From assembly GCA_002104945.1 (NCBI GenBank), contig MCFH01000013.1, forward strand, positions 682,001-746,000: a stretch of DNA of 64,000 nt, in the 5' to 3' direction. This DNA is from Piromyces finnis finn (taxonomy: Eukaryota; Fungi; Neocallimastigomycota). Below, piece after piece: positions 29,801 to 42,915 of the stretch. Both the position numbers and the translations under genes were made by a program. The notes under the pieces are model-generated. The model made no database searches, had not been told where the DNA came from, and worked only from the letters and a program-made list of their open reading frames with translations. Numbering within the stretch: the stretch's first letter is position 1; each line of letters begins with the position of its first letter.

Positions 29801-32542
29801 TTAAACTTTATTTATAACATTACTTTTGTGTAAACAAGCTTCTTTTTTTTTTTTCATAATATTCTTATTTTACTATTAAAAATTTAATGATTAAGGGTAT
29901 TAATTTTTTTTTATTTTCCTAATTCTTATTTATTATTTAAAACAAGGTTTTGTTACACATAAAAAATTTTTTAAACAATTTTCCTTAATAATATAAATTT
30001 AATTTATTTGTTTTATATAATAATTAACTTTATATATTATAAGAACTATTAATACTATTTTATATATAATTATTAATAGAGGATTGTAAAGTACTTAATT
30101 ATCACATTAACATAGTATGATAATGCATTCTTTTATTAGAAGAAGAGGTAGACATACAAAAGAATTTATTATAAAATACCAATACAAAAAGTAGAAATAA
30201 CAGTATTTTTATAGACATTAATAAAGTATGTATTTGTATACATTTTAACAAAAAAAGTACTGATCTACATAATTTAATTAAAATATATATAGGAATCTAA
30301 ATATTAAGGTATTAATATTATTCAAATTTTAGATTATAGTTATCCCATTTAACCCAAAGCATTTTAGTATTAAGATGATGAAAAAAAAAACTTTTATTCC
30401 TGATGGTTCAACAGTTAAAATGAATGTGATTAATTTAAAAAATATTTTTGAAAAATAAAAAAGGAAAACAGAAATATTAATTATATATATAAAGCTAAAG
30501 TGAAAGTACTTAAATAATTAATAAAAAGTATAAACTATCTATATATATTTTTTTTCATACCATAATTATTTAATAAGGAATATTTTATTAACAATTGAAT
30601 TGATGTAATTTATAAGAAAGGATATATATATATATAATATATAGAGAATTAAAATAGATATAAAAAGATGTAAAGTCATAACTAATAAATTAATATGTAA
30701 TAAAGTTATATAAAATTATGGATATTATTATATAGCATTTAATATTACCAAGAATGTTCAAGTAGCCATTTTAAAACACTAAAAAAAAACTAACTTTTAA
30801 TATTATAAATTAATTTATCCATTTTAATTAATATGATAATTAAATGTTAATCGTTTCATACAAAATTAATTATTATTATAAATTTTGATTATATGATAAT
30901 GTTTTAATATAAAATAATATATATAATATTTTGTAAATCTAGCCTGGTATGTTAAATAAAAATACACAGCTCATAACGGCGGTAGTGCTGTTTTAGGATG
31001 AAGATCATTTTTAATTAATTTTTATATAATCATAATTTTTTTCAATATAAATATTCTATTAGTATTATTTGTTTTTATTTATAATTATCATTGGTTTAAA
31101 TATATAAATTAGGCTTTTTACAAATGGTTACACTAGCTCAATATTTAAATCTAATAAATTAAAAAACCCAATTTGATATTTTTTTTAGGGATATTTTTTT
31201 TTTAAACTTTACTATTTATCCAATTTTTTTTAGTTTAAATTAAATTGTAATATATATTTATATTATTTTTTTAAAACATCATATATTATATTATATTATG
31301 ATTATAAATTATTCCTATTTGTTATATTAAAAATTGACTTTATGGAAAATTATTTCATTTATTAGAGTATATTAAATATGTATTATAATATATTATGTAT
31401 ATATATAATTAATTTATTTTCTGAAAAAAAAGAGACAAAATAGTCAATTGGATTAAATAATATATATTATCAATTGATTCATATATATTATAGTTTGTAT
31501 ATAAATATGTACATTTTATTTCATTTTTATTTCATACAATTTATAGTTTATTTCTTATTAAATCGTTTACTGAGACAAAAAATTTTATTTATTATAAAAC
31601 ATATAGTATAATAATATTTAATTAATTTTATTCTTGTACTAAAACTGGATTTTGATTTAAATATAAATTTAAGTTTATAGAAACTTGATTTTTTTATATT
31701 AAAAATTCAATAGATGATGAATAAATTTTTTAACATATTTTTTTTTAATTTATTTCAAAATCTTATTTATTACAGATTAGCTTAGTTTTTTTTTCTTTCT
31801 CAAAAAAAAAAAAAAAAATAAAATAAAATGCATAATTCTAATATAATATTAATATAAAAAATAAAATAAAATTCTATTTAATAATAACCAGGAAATATTA
31901 TAATTATAATATAGATCACTTTGAAAACTATATAAATATCAGATATTTCCCTTTTTTTTTTTTTTAATATATATTTAAGAATTTTTTTAATAATTTTAAA
32001 GTTTTAATAATATTATCATATATGAAAATAAAATACTTTTAAAAAGTATTTTAAAATAGTATAAAAGTATTTTATATATATTAATAAATATAACATTAGT
32101 TGATAATTAAATGTTATAGAGCTTCGATAGTTTTAATATATATATATATAATATAATCATTATTATATTAATGAAAATAATATTATTAAATTAAAAAGTC
32201 CAAATAAAAAAATTATGAATTATTACAATTATTAATTGAAAATAATTTTTTTTTTAAAAAAGTTATTATATTAATAAAAGTAGGTAATTAAAAAAAATAA
32301 TATTTATATTGAAAATGGTATTATTTTAATATCAATAAAAGTAGATAGTTAAAATATAATATCTATATATATTTTTATTGCTTTTTCAACTATTATTAAT
32401 ATAAATCTATATTCTATATTTTTAAAGAATTTCATTTGAATTATACCATTTGAAATAAGCAATTTATAAAATATAAGTGAAAAAAAAAAAAAAACATACC
32501 CATTAATAATATTTATAATAATAAGAAAATATAAATTTAAAA

Positions 32543-34827
32543 ATGAATGAAAAGCTCAAGGAGATAGAAAGAAACATTGATCTTTCAATATTTCATATAA
32601 AAAATAGGTAGGCATTCTAGTAATAGTATCTTTACAATATAGCTTTAAATTTAACTTTTTTTTTTTTTAAAAAAAATTAGAAAAAAAACTAAAAACAATA
32701 AAAAGAATAGAACTGACTATGATATAAAACAAGAAACCTTTAGAAAGCAAGAAAAATTTAGAAGAACAGTACTGGCAACAAAAGCTATTGTTAGTCAAAA
32801 ATTATATAAAATATATAGTAATAGTTTGGAAAAGTATTTTAATGATAAATGGAAATTAAGTAGAGCTGTAAGTATAAAATACAATGAAAAAAAATTCTTT
32901 TAATTTTTATTATAAGGAAAATATATTAATATAAATTATATTTGTCTTTTTAATAATTTCAGCAAGTATATCGTTTTTTGGATTGTGCAAAAATTATTGA
33001 GGTGTGTATTTTTTTTTTTTAATATTATATATATCATTCAATATTTGTATTAATAATATATTTAAATATTATATATATTTCATTAAAAACAACAACAATA
33101 GAAATTAAGTGACTTTGAATTACAACGTAAGCTTTTATTATATATTTATATATAATTACATGAAAACTAAATAGGATTAAATTTTTATTATTAAATTATT
33201 GTATTATAGCTTATAATGAAAGAGTATGTCGTTCATTAAATAAACTTACAAAGAATACAAAATATATGCGTATATTGTGGCAGGAAGTATTAAATAGTAT
33301 TAATAACAATCTTCAATTAGTTAATAGTGTATTGGTTGAAAAGGTAGGTTAATTTAAAAAAAAAAAAGTATAGTTTTTGTTATTGAACATAAATTAAATA
33401 TATATTTTGGCATATTATAATAGGTTTATGAAGATTTGATTAGTAGAAATGTTATCCCATCTAATGCTTCATTGCTAAAAATGGATGATAATGAGGATAT
33501 TAATGAATCAGCAAATGTTATTATAACAAAATCATCATCCTCAATTCCATTTGATATATTTGAATTTAGTATTAGGTCAAGCAATATGAAAACTACATCA
33601 CCTAAAATTAGCAATGATGAAAAACTTTCATGCAATACTTATAACAATGAATCCTATAATAATGGGTATCAAAACAATCAGTTCATAGCTCATTCACTAA
33701 ATGAAAGTGATAATAATTCTCCAAGAATTGAAAATAATACAAATAGTTGCGCTAGTAGTCCAGGTGCTGTTACATCAGATATCAAGGATCAAAAATACTA
33801 TAATAAAAGTAAAAGTCCAATATCTTTAGCAATTGAATCTCAACCAAAAACCCAATCAAATCAACAAAATCTAGTGGCAAATAACTATTGTCCAATAAGT
33901 ACTCCCCCACAACAAATCATTAATTCTTTCCCGGATAGTCCCGAATATGATAAAAACAACAATAATAATAACAACAATTTGAAGCCTGTAAAGATTGAAG
34001 AAGAAAATAAAATGTACAATACAACTCCATCTTCAAATACAAATAGTTATAATTGTTATCCAACCCCAAGCTATACTATGAAAAGTATAGTAGATCAAAG
34101 TAATAACAATAACAATAATAATAACAACAATAGTAATAATAACAATAATAACTACAACAATAATTTAAGCAATTCAAAAACAAATACTATCATTAATCAA
34201 TTTAATGGAAATCCAACTAATTCATTTATTTCAAATGGAATGGCTACCACTAATTATTGGTATCAAAATACTACAAATAATTCAAATAATGTTGAAAATA
34301 TTAATAATACTAGTAATTCAAATAATAACTTTAATAATTATCCGTCTCCATTTGAATTTTTTAGACAACAACATCCAATAAGAAATGAACCAATTAATCA
34401 AGGCTGTTATAATATAAACAACAGCAATAATGGAGGTTTAGTATCTACAAATATATACCCAAATAATACAAATACTAATACCACAAATAATAGTAACACT
34501 TCTATTGCAACAACAACAACAACAACTAATGTGAATGACTATTCCAGTCAAAATGGACAAAATTATAATATATCCAGTTCAAATAATAATTATCCATATA
34601 ATACTCGAAATTGTATAAATAATAATCATAATAATAACAACAATCAAAACAATTTTAATAGTAATTATAACCCAATGAATACTAATTATATTAAAGGAAA
34701 TATTAGTAATAATTATCCATCACCAAATATGAAAAATACCACTTTAAATAAAACAATGGATATAAAAAATATCCATAATGACATAAATAATAACAATTGT
34801 AATAATGGCTATAATAATTATAATTAT

Positions 34828-34875
<48 letters not shown>

Positions 34876-35065
34876 AATAATAATAATTATAATTATAATT
34901 ATAACAACAATAATAACAACAACAACAATTATTATTATAATTATAGCAACAACAACAACAACAACAATAATAATAACAATAACAATAATTATAATTATAA
35001 TAATAGTAATAGTAGCAATAATAATAATAATTGTAGCAATGTTACTAATTGTAATAATGATAATT

Positions 35066-35096
<31 letters not shown>

Positions 35097-35295
35097 AAGC
35101 AACAATAACATTTTTTATAGTAATAATAGTAATACATTTAATTCTAATAGTAATAATAATGATGATAATAAAAACTATAATAATCAAACTTCTTCCAATA
35201 CTAATTTTAATAATAGAAATACTACGCTGGTCGAAAGTACTAATATTAAAGTTACTAAAAAGAAGAATTTTATGGATTTAGAAAATTTAATTTAA
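32543..35295 (+). CDS. Putative DNA-binding protein: small helical N-terminal domain plus about 600 aa Asn-rich disordered tail, 6 exons
   Basis: Exons 32543-32607, 32681-32867, 32963-33001, 33102-33126, 33210-33343, 33424-35295 join in frame with GT-AG ends. Domain reads ...FRRTVLATKAIVSQKLYKIYSNSLEKYFNDKWKLSRAQVYRFLDCAKIIEKLSDFELQPYNERVCRSLNKLTKNTKYMRILWQEVLNSINNNLQLVNSVLVEKVY. The ORF track shows only the last exon. Confidence 0.8.
34800..35105 (+). repeat. Coding (AAC)n/(AAT)n poly-Asn tracts
   Basis: Long AAC/AAT runs encoding N/Y-rich tracts inside the last exon. Confidence 0.95.
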
Positions 35296-36479
35296 AAAAA
35301 ATTATAAATATATATCTTATTTCTTTTTCATATTAATCCATTTTAACCATTTTAATTTATATATAAAAAACATTTATTTATATATAACCAATATACCATG
35401 TTCTATTTTTTTTTCATTTTTTTTTATATATATATTTTATAAATGTACCTTTTATAGTTGTTATAATATTTAAGCTTTATGTAATTTATAAAAATATAAA
35501 TTTAAATGAAAAAGAAATAAATAAAAAAAATAAAACAAAGTAATTTAAAGAATTATATATATGTATAAAAAAAAAGGTGTCAATAGTTTTATATTCTCAT
35601 TTAGTTTTATTCGAAAAAAAAAAAAAAAATTTTTTTTTCTTTTTAATCCTCGTTTTAGATTTTTATTAATTAATTTAAGATTCAAATTAAATAGAAAAAG
35701 AAAAGTTTTACTTTTAATTAATATGAAACTTGAAATTTTAAATTTTTTTTTTTTTATTTTTTCTTAATATGGAAAATAAAAATATGCGGCTTTTTTTTTT
35801 TTTGCGGTCGATTGAATCATTGTTACATAAAAAAAAAAAAGTTGAAAAGTCTACTATTTATTTTAAAATTAAAAAAAAAAAAAAAAAAAAATACTTATTC
35901 AAACTAATTAAGAAAGTAAATATTATATATATATAAATACATCATTAAATAAATTATTAAAAATTAGGCATAAATAAAACTTTTTTGAAATTTTTATTTT
36001 ATTCAAAATCTTTTAGTAATTTATTATATATTTCAAAAATGATGTATTTTGTCATTGACTTTCCTTATATTAAAAATGTATTTAATGGTTTCTATGGATT
36101 TACAAAAGGTAATAAAATATAATATTCAGTGGATATTTTTTTTTTGTAAAGATCCTAACATACTGTTGAAGCATTTATAAATTAGTGATAATTTGATAAA
36201 ACCAATTGGAGATATACGATAATGGTATGTATAATTATACCATATATTTATTCATTTATTCATATTTCATATGACTTTTATACTCTTTACTTGTATAATA
36301 CTCGGCTTTTCATGTTTTCATGCATTATTAATTTATGATTAAAAAAAAAAAAAAAAAAAAAAAAAAACAGATAGCACGATGAATAGTGAATCATTAAATA
36401 TTACTGAATCAACTGAAAATGAATAAAAAAAAAAACATATCTACTAAAGAAGAAAAAAGAAATAAAGACAACTATAGAT

Positions 36480-36870
36480 GCAGTAAAAAGTATGGATCCT
36501 ATGGTAATAATGAATGTTATAGTAAGTATGAATGGATGGTGTGGACTTTCTAATGAACATTGCAAAATTAGTTTAGAATGTCAATATGAATTTGGTAGAT
36601 GGAAAGGTAAAAATCAGTCTTCTATATCTACAATTCAACCATCCTCAGTAACGTATGAGTGTGGTAAAAACATTGACAAATGTAAAAAAAAAAAAAAAGA
36701 TATTATTGTGGTAAAACTAGTGCCTCCAATCTAAATATAGTTCCTGTAAGACCTATCAACAACACAAAACTACCAACACTAATAAATGGGGTAAAGACAT
36801 TGGCAAATGTCAAAAAGGATATTATTGTAGTAAATATGGATGATGTGGTAACACTAAAACTTATTTATCA
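36480..36870 (+). pseudogene. Degraded gene with about three CBM18 (chitin-binding, hevein-like) modules
   Basis: Fragments GNNECYSK.../WCGLSNEHCKISLECQYEFGR, ECGKNIDKC, WGKDIGKCQKGYYCSKYG*CG resemble CGxxxGxCxxGxCCSKYGWCG; frameshifts, a TGA stop and Cys losses. Confidence 0.75.
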
Positions 36871-37864
36871 ATATTAACCAAATTCCGATTGACAACGATA
36901 AGTTGAAACCACTATCGAGTAGATAATATTTAACATATTCTTCAAATTCAAAGTTCTCTTCATTAAAATAATTTATTAAGAAGCTACATTTATTATCATT
37001 ATCATTATTATCATATTCATTAATGGTATTAATAATATTAGCTGAATCTATATTATTATCATCATTGTAATTATTATCATATTCATCATTTTTTTCATAA
37101 TCATTATCATTAGTATGTTCATTAATTCCTTATTTTAAATTTTATTGAAATTAACATTTTTATGTTTTTTATAATGGGTATAACAACATTTAATTATACC
37201 TATAATTATCATTATCATTATACAAGCATAAGATTCTATAGCTCTAGCAGAAGGAGTAGAATATGAAGGAAAATTATAGGTTGAAAAAGAATCGCATAAT
37301 TTTTTATTATATTTATAATTTATATTTTTTGAAAAACAGTAAATTTGCTAATATATAAAAATAATAATATTTTTTGATATGATGTTAAAACATTTATAAT
37401 TTTACACTAAAAACTCTTATATTTTTAAGAGTAGAATATATATAGATATATCAATTATTTGGTTTAAGAAGATTAAGTCTAATAATTTTGTTGTTGATAA
37501 TATTTAATATTAATTAAAAATCTACAACAAATAAATTTTTTTAAAAAGTTCGAAGACGTGGTAATAAATGACAAGAAATACAAAAAAAAAAAAATTTTTT
37601 TTTCCATGCATTTTCTGGATTTCTCTCTCTCTCTTTTTTCTTTTTTTTGTGCTTAACAAATTTCAATAGTTTTTAGGAGACATTTTATTAATTATGTATT
37701 AAATTTTAACTTTGCTTACAAAAGTTAAAATAACGAAAAAGACTATTTATATTTATAAATATTCTTTTACTATAATTAAAAAAAAAAGTCTTTTTTTTTT
37801 TTTTTTTTTTTTTTTGAGAGGGTTTTTGATAGTTTTTAATTATTAAAAGTTCAAATAATAACAA

Positions 37865-37901
<37 letters not shown>

Positions 37902-37989
37902 AAAGTCGTTCGTGTTTTAATAAGATAGGTAAATTTTAAAATTTGTTTTTCTTTTAATCTTAAAAATATATAAACCTTCAAAATTTACA

Positions 37990-38655
37990 AAAAAAAAAAG
38001 GTGCTATTCCTTCAAGGTTTTATTTCAAGTTTTATGACCAAACTCAGTAAACCAATGTTGAACACTTTGATGACTACTTCTGCACTATGGACAATAGATA
38101 GGATCAACTAATTCGGCGGCAGCTTTAGCAACTTTAGTATCCAACTTATATCTACTTTTTGATTTCAATATCCGATAGTAACCTTTTGAAAATTCAAGAT
38201 GCTTAGAGTATGATTTAATTAAAATTTTTTTAGTTTCTTTAAATCTTTTATCATCATTATGCTACGTTTTGATTAATATTTCTTTGAAATTTTTTTTCAA
38301 TTATAGTTTTTTAATCAATTTGGCATCTTTATGCACTTTTTGTATTTTGTATTTTCTTGGTAAGCGGCGGTCTTATTCGATTTGCATATTTGCATCATGT
38401 ATATATTTTATAAATTTAGAAATGCCATTAAAAAAAGTAAGAAATAATACAATTGGAATTTTTTTTTTTTTATTGAAATATCTATCTTGAACTACTATAC
38501 CTTTTGTTGATAGAGGTGATATAATCAAATTATTAGAAATAGAATATAAGCAATATAAATGATTCATCTTTGTGAACACCCGCAACTCATCATATTTCTT
38601 TATTAATACCCTTTTACGCAATCCCAAACTTATTCTCGAATGAGTCACCAAGTTA
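37990..38655 (-). mobile_element. Decayed 3' fragment of a non-LTR retrotransposon related to the element at 44111-48476
   Basis: Translates (with shifts and stops) to VAGVHK, LYSISNNLIISPLSTKGIVVQDRYFNKK, NSNCIISY, EFSKGYYRILKSKSRYKLDTKVAKAAAELVDP, QSVQHW. These are colinear with VAGVHK, LYSISKDLNIPPLSAKCALAQVRCFNKW, NSNCIISY, EFAYGFYWLLKARSGYKLDARIAKAAKFVDP, QSIKHW of the intact ORF. Confidence 0.9.
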
Positions 38656-38737
38656 GTTGTTATAACAATCAAGCGTAAAAAAAGAAAAAAATAAATTCAA
38701 ACTTTTAATATTAATAGATAACTATATAAACAAATAA

Positions 38738-38768
<31 letters not shown>

Positions 38769-39002
38769 CTAATTTAAAGAAAAAATACTTTTTTTTTTTT
38801 ATTAATAATAAATAAATTTACAAGATAAAGTTATATAAAAATTAATTTTATATTTTTAGTTCATTTTATAATACTTGATATTTTATTCATATATACAATG
38901 AATTATTTTTTTTTTTAAAGTTTTTATTTTTTTTTTTATTTTTTTTTTTTTTAATATTCTTTGGTATTAAATATAGTATTGGATATTATTTAAATATCAA
39001 AT

Positions 39003-40822
39003 TTATTTGTGAATACAACCAGTGTTTTGAGTTAATTCAATTGGACATTCAACTTCATCAAAGACCATAGCTGGGTTGTCAGATCCAAGGAACCAATCGA
39101 AACGCCAGTAACAAGCATCACGAATAGCTTCTGGAAGAATATCACATTCACTACGCTTACCAACACCACCATAACGGTTACCCCAACCATCAGTATCAGT
39201 ATTGAATTGAGTGGAACAACCATTGAAAATACCGACACCACCACCTGGAATTTGGAGATCGAAGTGGTTAGCACCAAGATCACCACCAGTGTTAGTAACT
39301 TGGACGACTAATTGTTTACCTCTAGCTGGACCTTCAGTGAAGGTAATAGCGTAACAACGACAACACCAATCAGCTTCAGTTAAACCTTCAATAGAAGCAG
39401 CGGCATAACCGTAAGATAAAACTTCAGAAACAGCCCATGGTTGTTGGTTCAAACACATGTAAGATTCACCACCTTCACAACCAGACTTAGCACTGTAGTT
39501 AGTGATTGGGGTAATACCATCAATTTTACATTGTTGAACTGGTTGGGTGACAAGAGCCTTTTCTGGCCATGAACAAGATGGTTTACAACAATCCCAGTAA
39601 CGGGTAGTGGTACCGACCTTTTTACCAATTGGGTATTCGTGTTCCCAGTCCATGTAATCATTGTTAAGAATATCATTACATTCACACATCTTAATTTCAC
39701 AAGCCTTACCATCTTCCCAACCCCAGAGGAAACCATCTTGTTCATTGTAAACAGTACAAGTATCACACCATTTTTGTCCGTGTGGACCCTTACCTGTAGC
39801 TGGTCTTAATTCAGCATTAACATCTGGTTCACATTGTTTGTAACCTTCGCTACCCTTACAAGTAGTACCAGCTTGACAACATTTTTCTTCCATTCCAGCA
39901 CCACCACATTGCTTCCAAGCTTCAACACAGTCAGTTTGATCAGTGTTAACAGTACATACAGCCTCAAATGGTTTCATTGTGTATGAACCATTGTTTTGAG
40001 TTTTGGTTGGTTGTACAGTGCTCTTTTGAGTAGTTTTTTGAGTAGTTCTTTGAGTGGTCTTTTGAGTAGTAGCTTGTTTGACAATACCACACCATTCACC
40101 ATTTTCAACACCCCAGTCACCTGATTAATATTTAATTTTATATATATATTTCAATTGTTAATATATATAAAAGGAATACTTTTTATAACTTTCAATTTCT
40201 ATTAATAATAATAAATATAAAATACCTGATTCATCAGAATAAACTATATCATTTCCATTACAGCATGGATAATCTGGAAGAGACCAGCATGAAGCACCAG
40301 AAGTTGGTTGTTCTGGTTCAATACCACACCTTTACAATTAAATACATCAATTTTATTATTATTTATTTTCATTTATTTTTTTTACTTTTTTATTAAAAAT
40401 ACTCATATATCTATCTAAAGTAAAGATAGTTAAAACTTACCAGTTACCATTTTCAACACCCCAATTACCAGTTTCATCAACATAGACTACTTCGGCTCCT
40501 GGTTGGCAACATGGATAATCTTTATATATTTAATGAATAATAAAATATATTATTTATTTTAATAAGTATATTTAATAATCTCGTTTATTTTTACTTTTTA
40601 TGTTAAAAGATATTAATATTTCTGTGGAATTTTTATATAAATTTAATTCGTCAATGTATTTTTCTCCTTAATTTTCGAATTAACCATATTGATTTTTTAC
40701 TGATTTTCAAACATAAACTAAAATTAATCCATTTAATATTTATTAAAAGTACCTGGAAGGAAGGAGCAAGCTTTAACTGAAACAAGTAAAGCAGTAGCTA
40801 ATAAAGCATTTTTGAATTGCAT
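39003..40822 (-). CDS. Secreted GH45 endoglucanase: signal peptide, 2 fungal dockerins (NCDD/CBM10 family), Thr/Gln linker, CBM1, a third CBM10-like module, GH45; 4 exons
   Basis: Exons 40822-40753, 40519-40441, 40329-40226, 40120-39003. Dockerins YPCC...WGVENGNWCGI and YPCC...WGVENGEWCGI; CBM1 CVEAWKQCGG...CCQAGTTC...YKQC; GH45 TTRYWDCCKPSCSW and GGDLGANHFDLQIPGGGVGIFNGC. Confidence 0.93.
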
Positions 40823-42915
40823 TTTTTATATTTAATGTTCTTTAATTAATAATATTATTTTTAATTATGAGTCCTGCTCTGAAGATTTTTTTTTTTTTTT
40901 TTTTCCGTTATAGATTTCTTTGTTGCTAGTAAAATTAATTTCAATTTAACTAACTTTAAAACTTAAATTTTAAAAAAAGAAAAATTTAAAATTTATTTAA
41001 AATAAGAGAATTATTTTTCTTTTATATTAAAAGGTTTTATAGGAAGAATTATTTAATATTATATTTTTATATTCCTATTTATTATTAACAATTAAATTAA
41101 TTGATAAATGGTAAATAATATATATAAATATATAAATCTTATTTATATATATATTATATATTAAATAAAATAGGAATAAAAGTATTAAAATTTTCAATTT
41201 AAATATCTCATTTGTATACAATAAAAATGAACCATTAATATACTATGGAATATATTGTATTATATTGAAACAGAAACTTATCATATAATAAAAGTTTATT
41301 TAATATATAAATAATTAATTAATGGTTATTAAATATATAACCTATTCCAAATATATTATAAATATATAATAGTATAATACAATATTTATATTTTTAATAT
41401 TATAGTTAAAATAATAGCATTAGTAATTTTAATTATGGCTTTTTTATTAAATAGAATGCAAAATACTATATCTTTTTTTTTTTTATCTTCTTTTATATAT
41501 TAACAGGTAAAAAGAATAGTATAGGTGAAAATAAAAGTGATAGATTATTAAAAAGAATTAACAGCTATTGTTTTACAACAAACTGTTTTACTTTTATTAG
41601 AGATATATAATTCTTTAAACATCACTAATAATATAACTCTTAAGAATGACAAATTAATTAATTTGGTATTACTCAACTTTATTCATATTATAGTTTTCTA
41701 CTAATTAAAAGTAGAAAGTAGAATGTTGTGAATATTCTATGAAGGTAGTAATATCTTTGGTATAAATTTTTTAGTTTATAATTTAAATTTGAGTAATTTT
41801 AATAAAGAAAAAAAAAAGTATAATGAAAAAACTTTAATTAATTTATTATGAATTAAAGTTTATTAATTTAATTATTTAATTTTTATTTTTAGTTTTTTGA
41901 ATATGAAAATCTTCAAAAATAATATTACTATATTTAAATTCATTTAATTTTTTTAAAAAAGAAAACTTTTATAATATTAAAAATAAAGAATCGAACTATT
42001 GTATTATATATTATTTGACCTTTTTTCTTTTACTGATAAAAAAAACTAACTTTTTTTTTTTGAATTATCATATTTTTTAAAATAAAACGTGTCAATCTCA
42101 ATTTAATATTTTAATTTAATATAATATATTATTAAATAAAGTATAATAAATGGTTATTAGTATTATTCTATAATTTTTCATAATAAAAAATAGTTTAATC
42201 ATAATATTTTACAATTAATATAATAAAAACTTTAATCCTTAATAAATATTAAGCTGTGTAACATAGAATGGATGATTATTTAAAAATATATACAAATATA
42301 GTATGATTAACCTATAGATTGAAAACTCTAATTAATATATTTTCTAATAAAAGCAAATCCTTTATCCTTTATTTATTAAAAAAATAGTAATTAAACTTTA
42401 ACCAATTATACTTATTTAATAATTAACTAATCATATATTATTCTATATATCGTGTAACAATGCTTTTTTAATTATAATATTTTTTTATTAAAAATTTATT
42501 TTTATTTTATTTTATTGAAAAAATCGCCGTTATGATTAATTATTAATTTTTTTACCAATTGTTTTCTTTACCAAAGGATAAAAAATAGATTTATAAAAAA
42601 AATCCTTATATTGAATGCTTAATGATAATATGGCAATGTCTTTAATGAAACTATTAATAATTCAACATCAGAATTGAAATAGCATTTATTAAAAATATAA
42701 AATTTAATAATAACCAAATATATAATAAAATATTTATAGAATAGCAATCTAAAATGGAATAAGATACTATTTAATATGATAATTTAGTGGAAAACACAAT
42801 TTTTAGAAAATGATAATATAAAATGTGTTTATTTATTTATTATAATTAATGTGTACAATTAACATAAAAGAAATATATAATAGATATATTCTTTTCAGTT
42901 ATAATAACAATTTAT

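Noticed and set aside
30940-31010. Small GC-richer patch with a weak ACAGC...GCTGT stem
   Set aside because: No tRNA, snoRNA-box or snRNA motifs; too short to call.
36500-38655. G-to-A changes in the CBM18 and LINE relics suggesting RIP
   Set aside because: Dinucleotide contexts are mixed, the true ancestors are unknown, and general AT mutation bias explains them.
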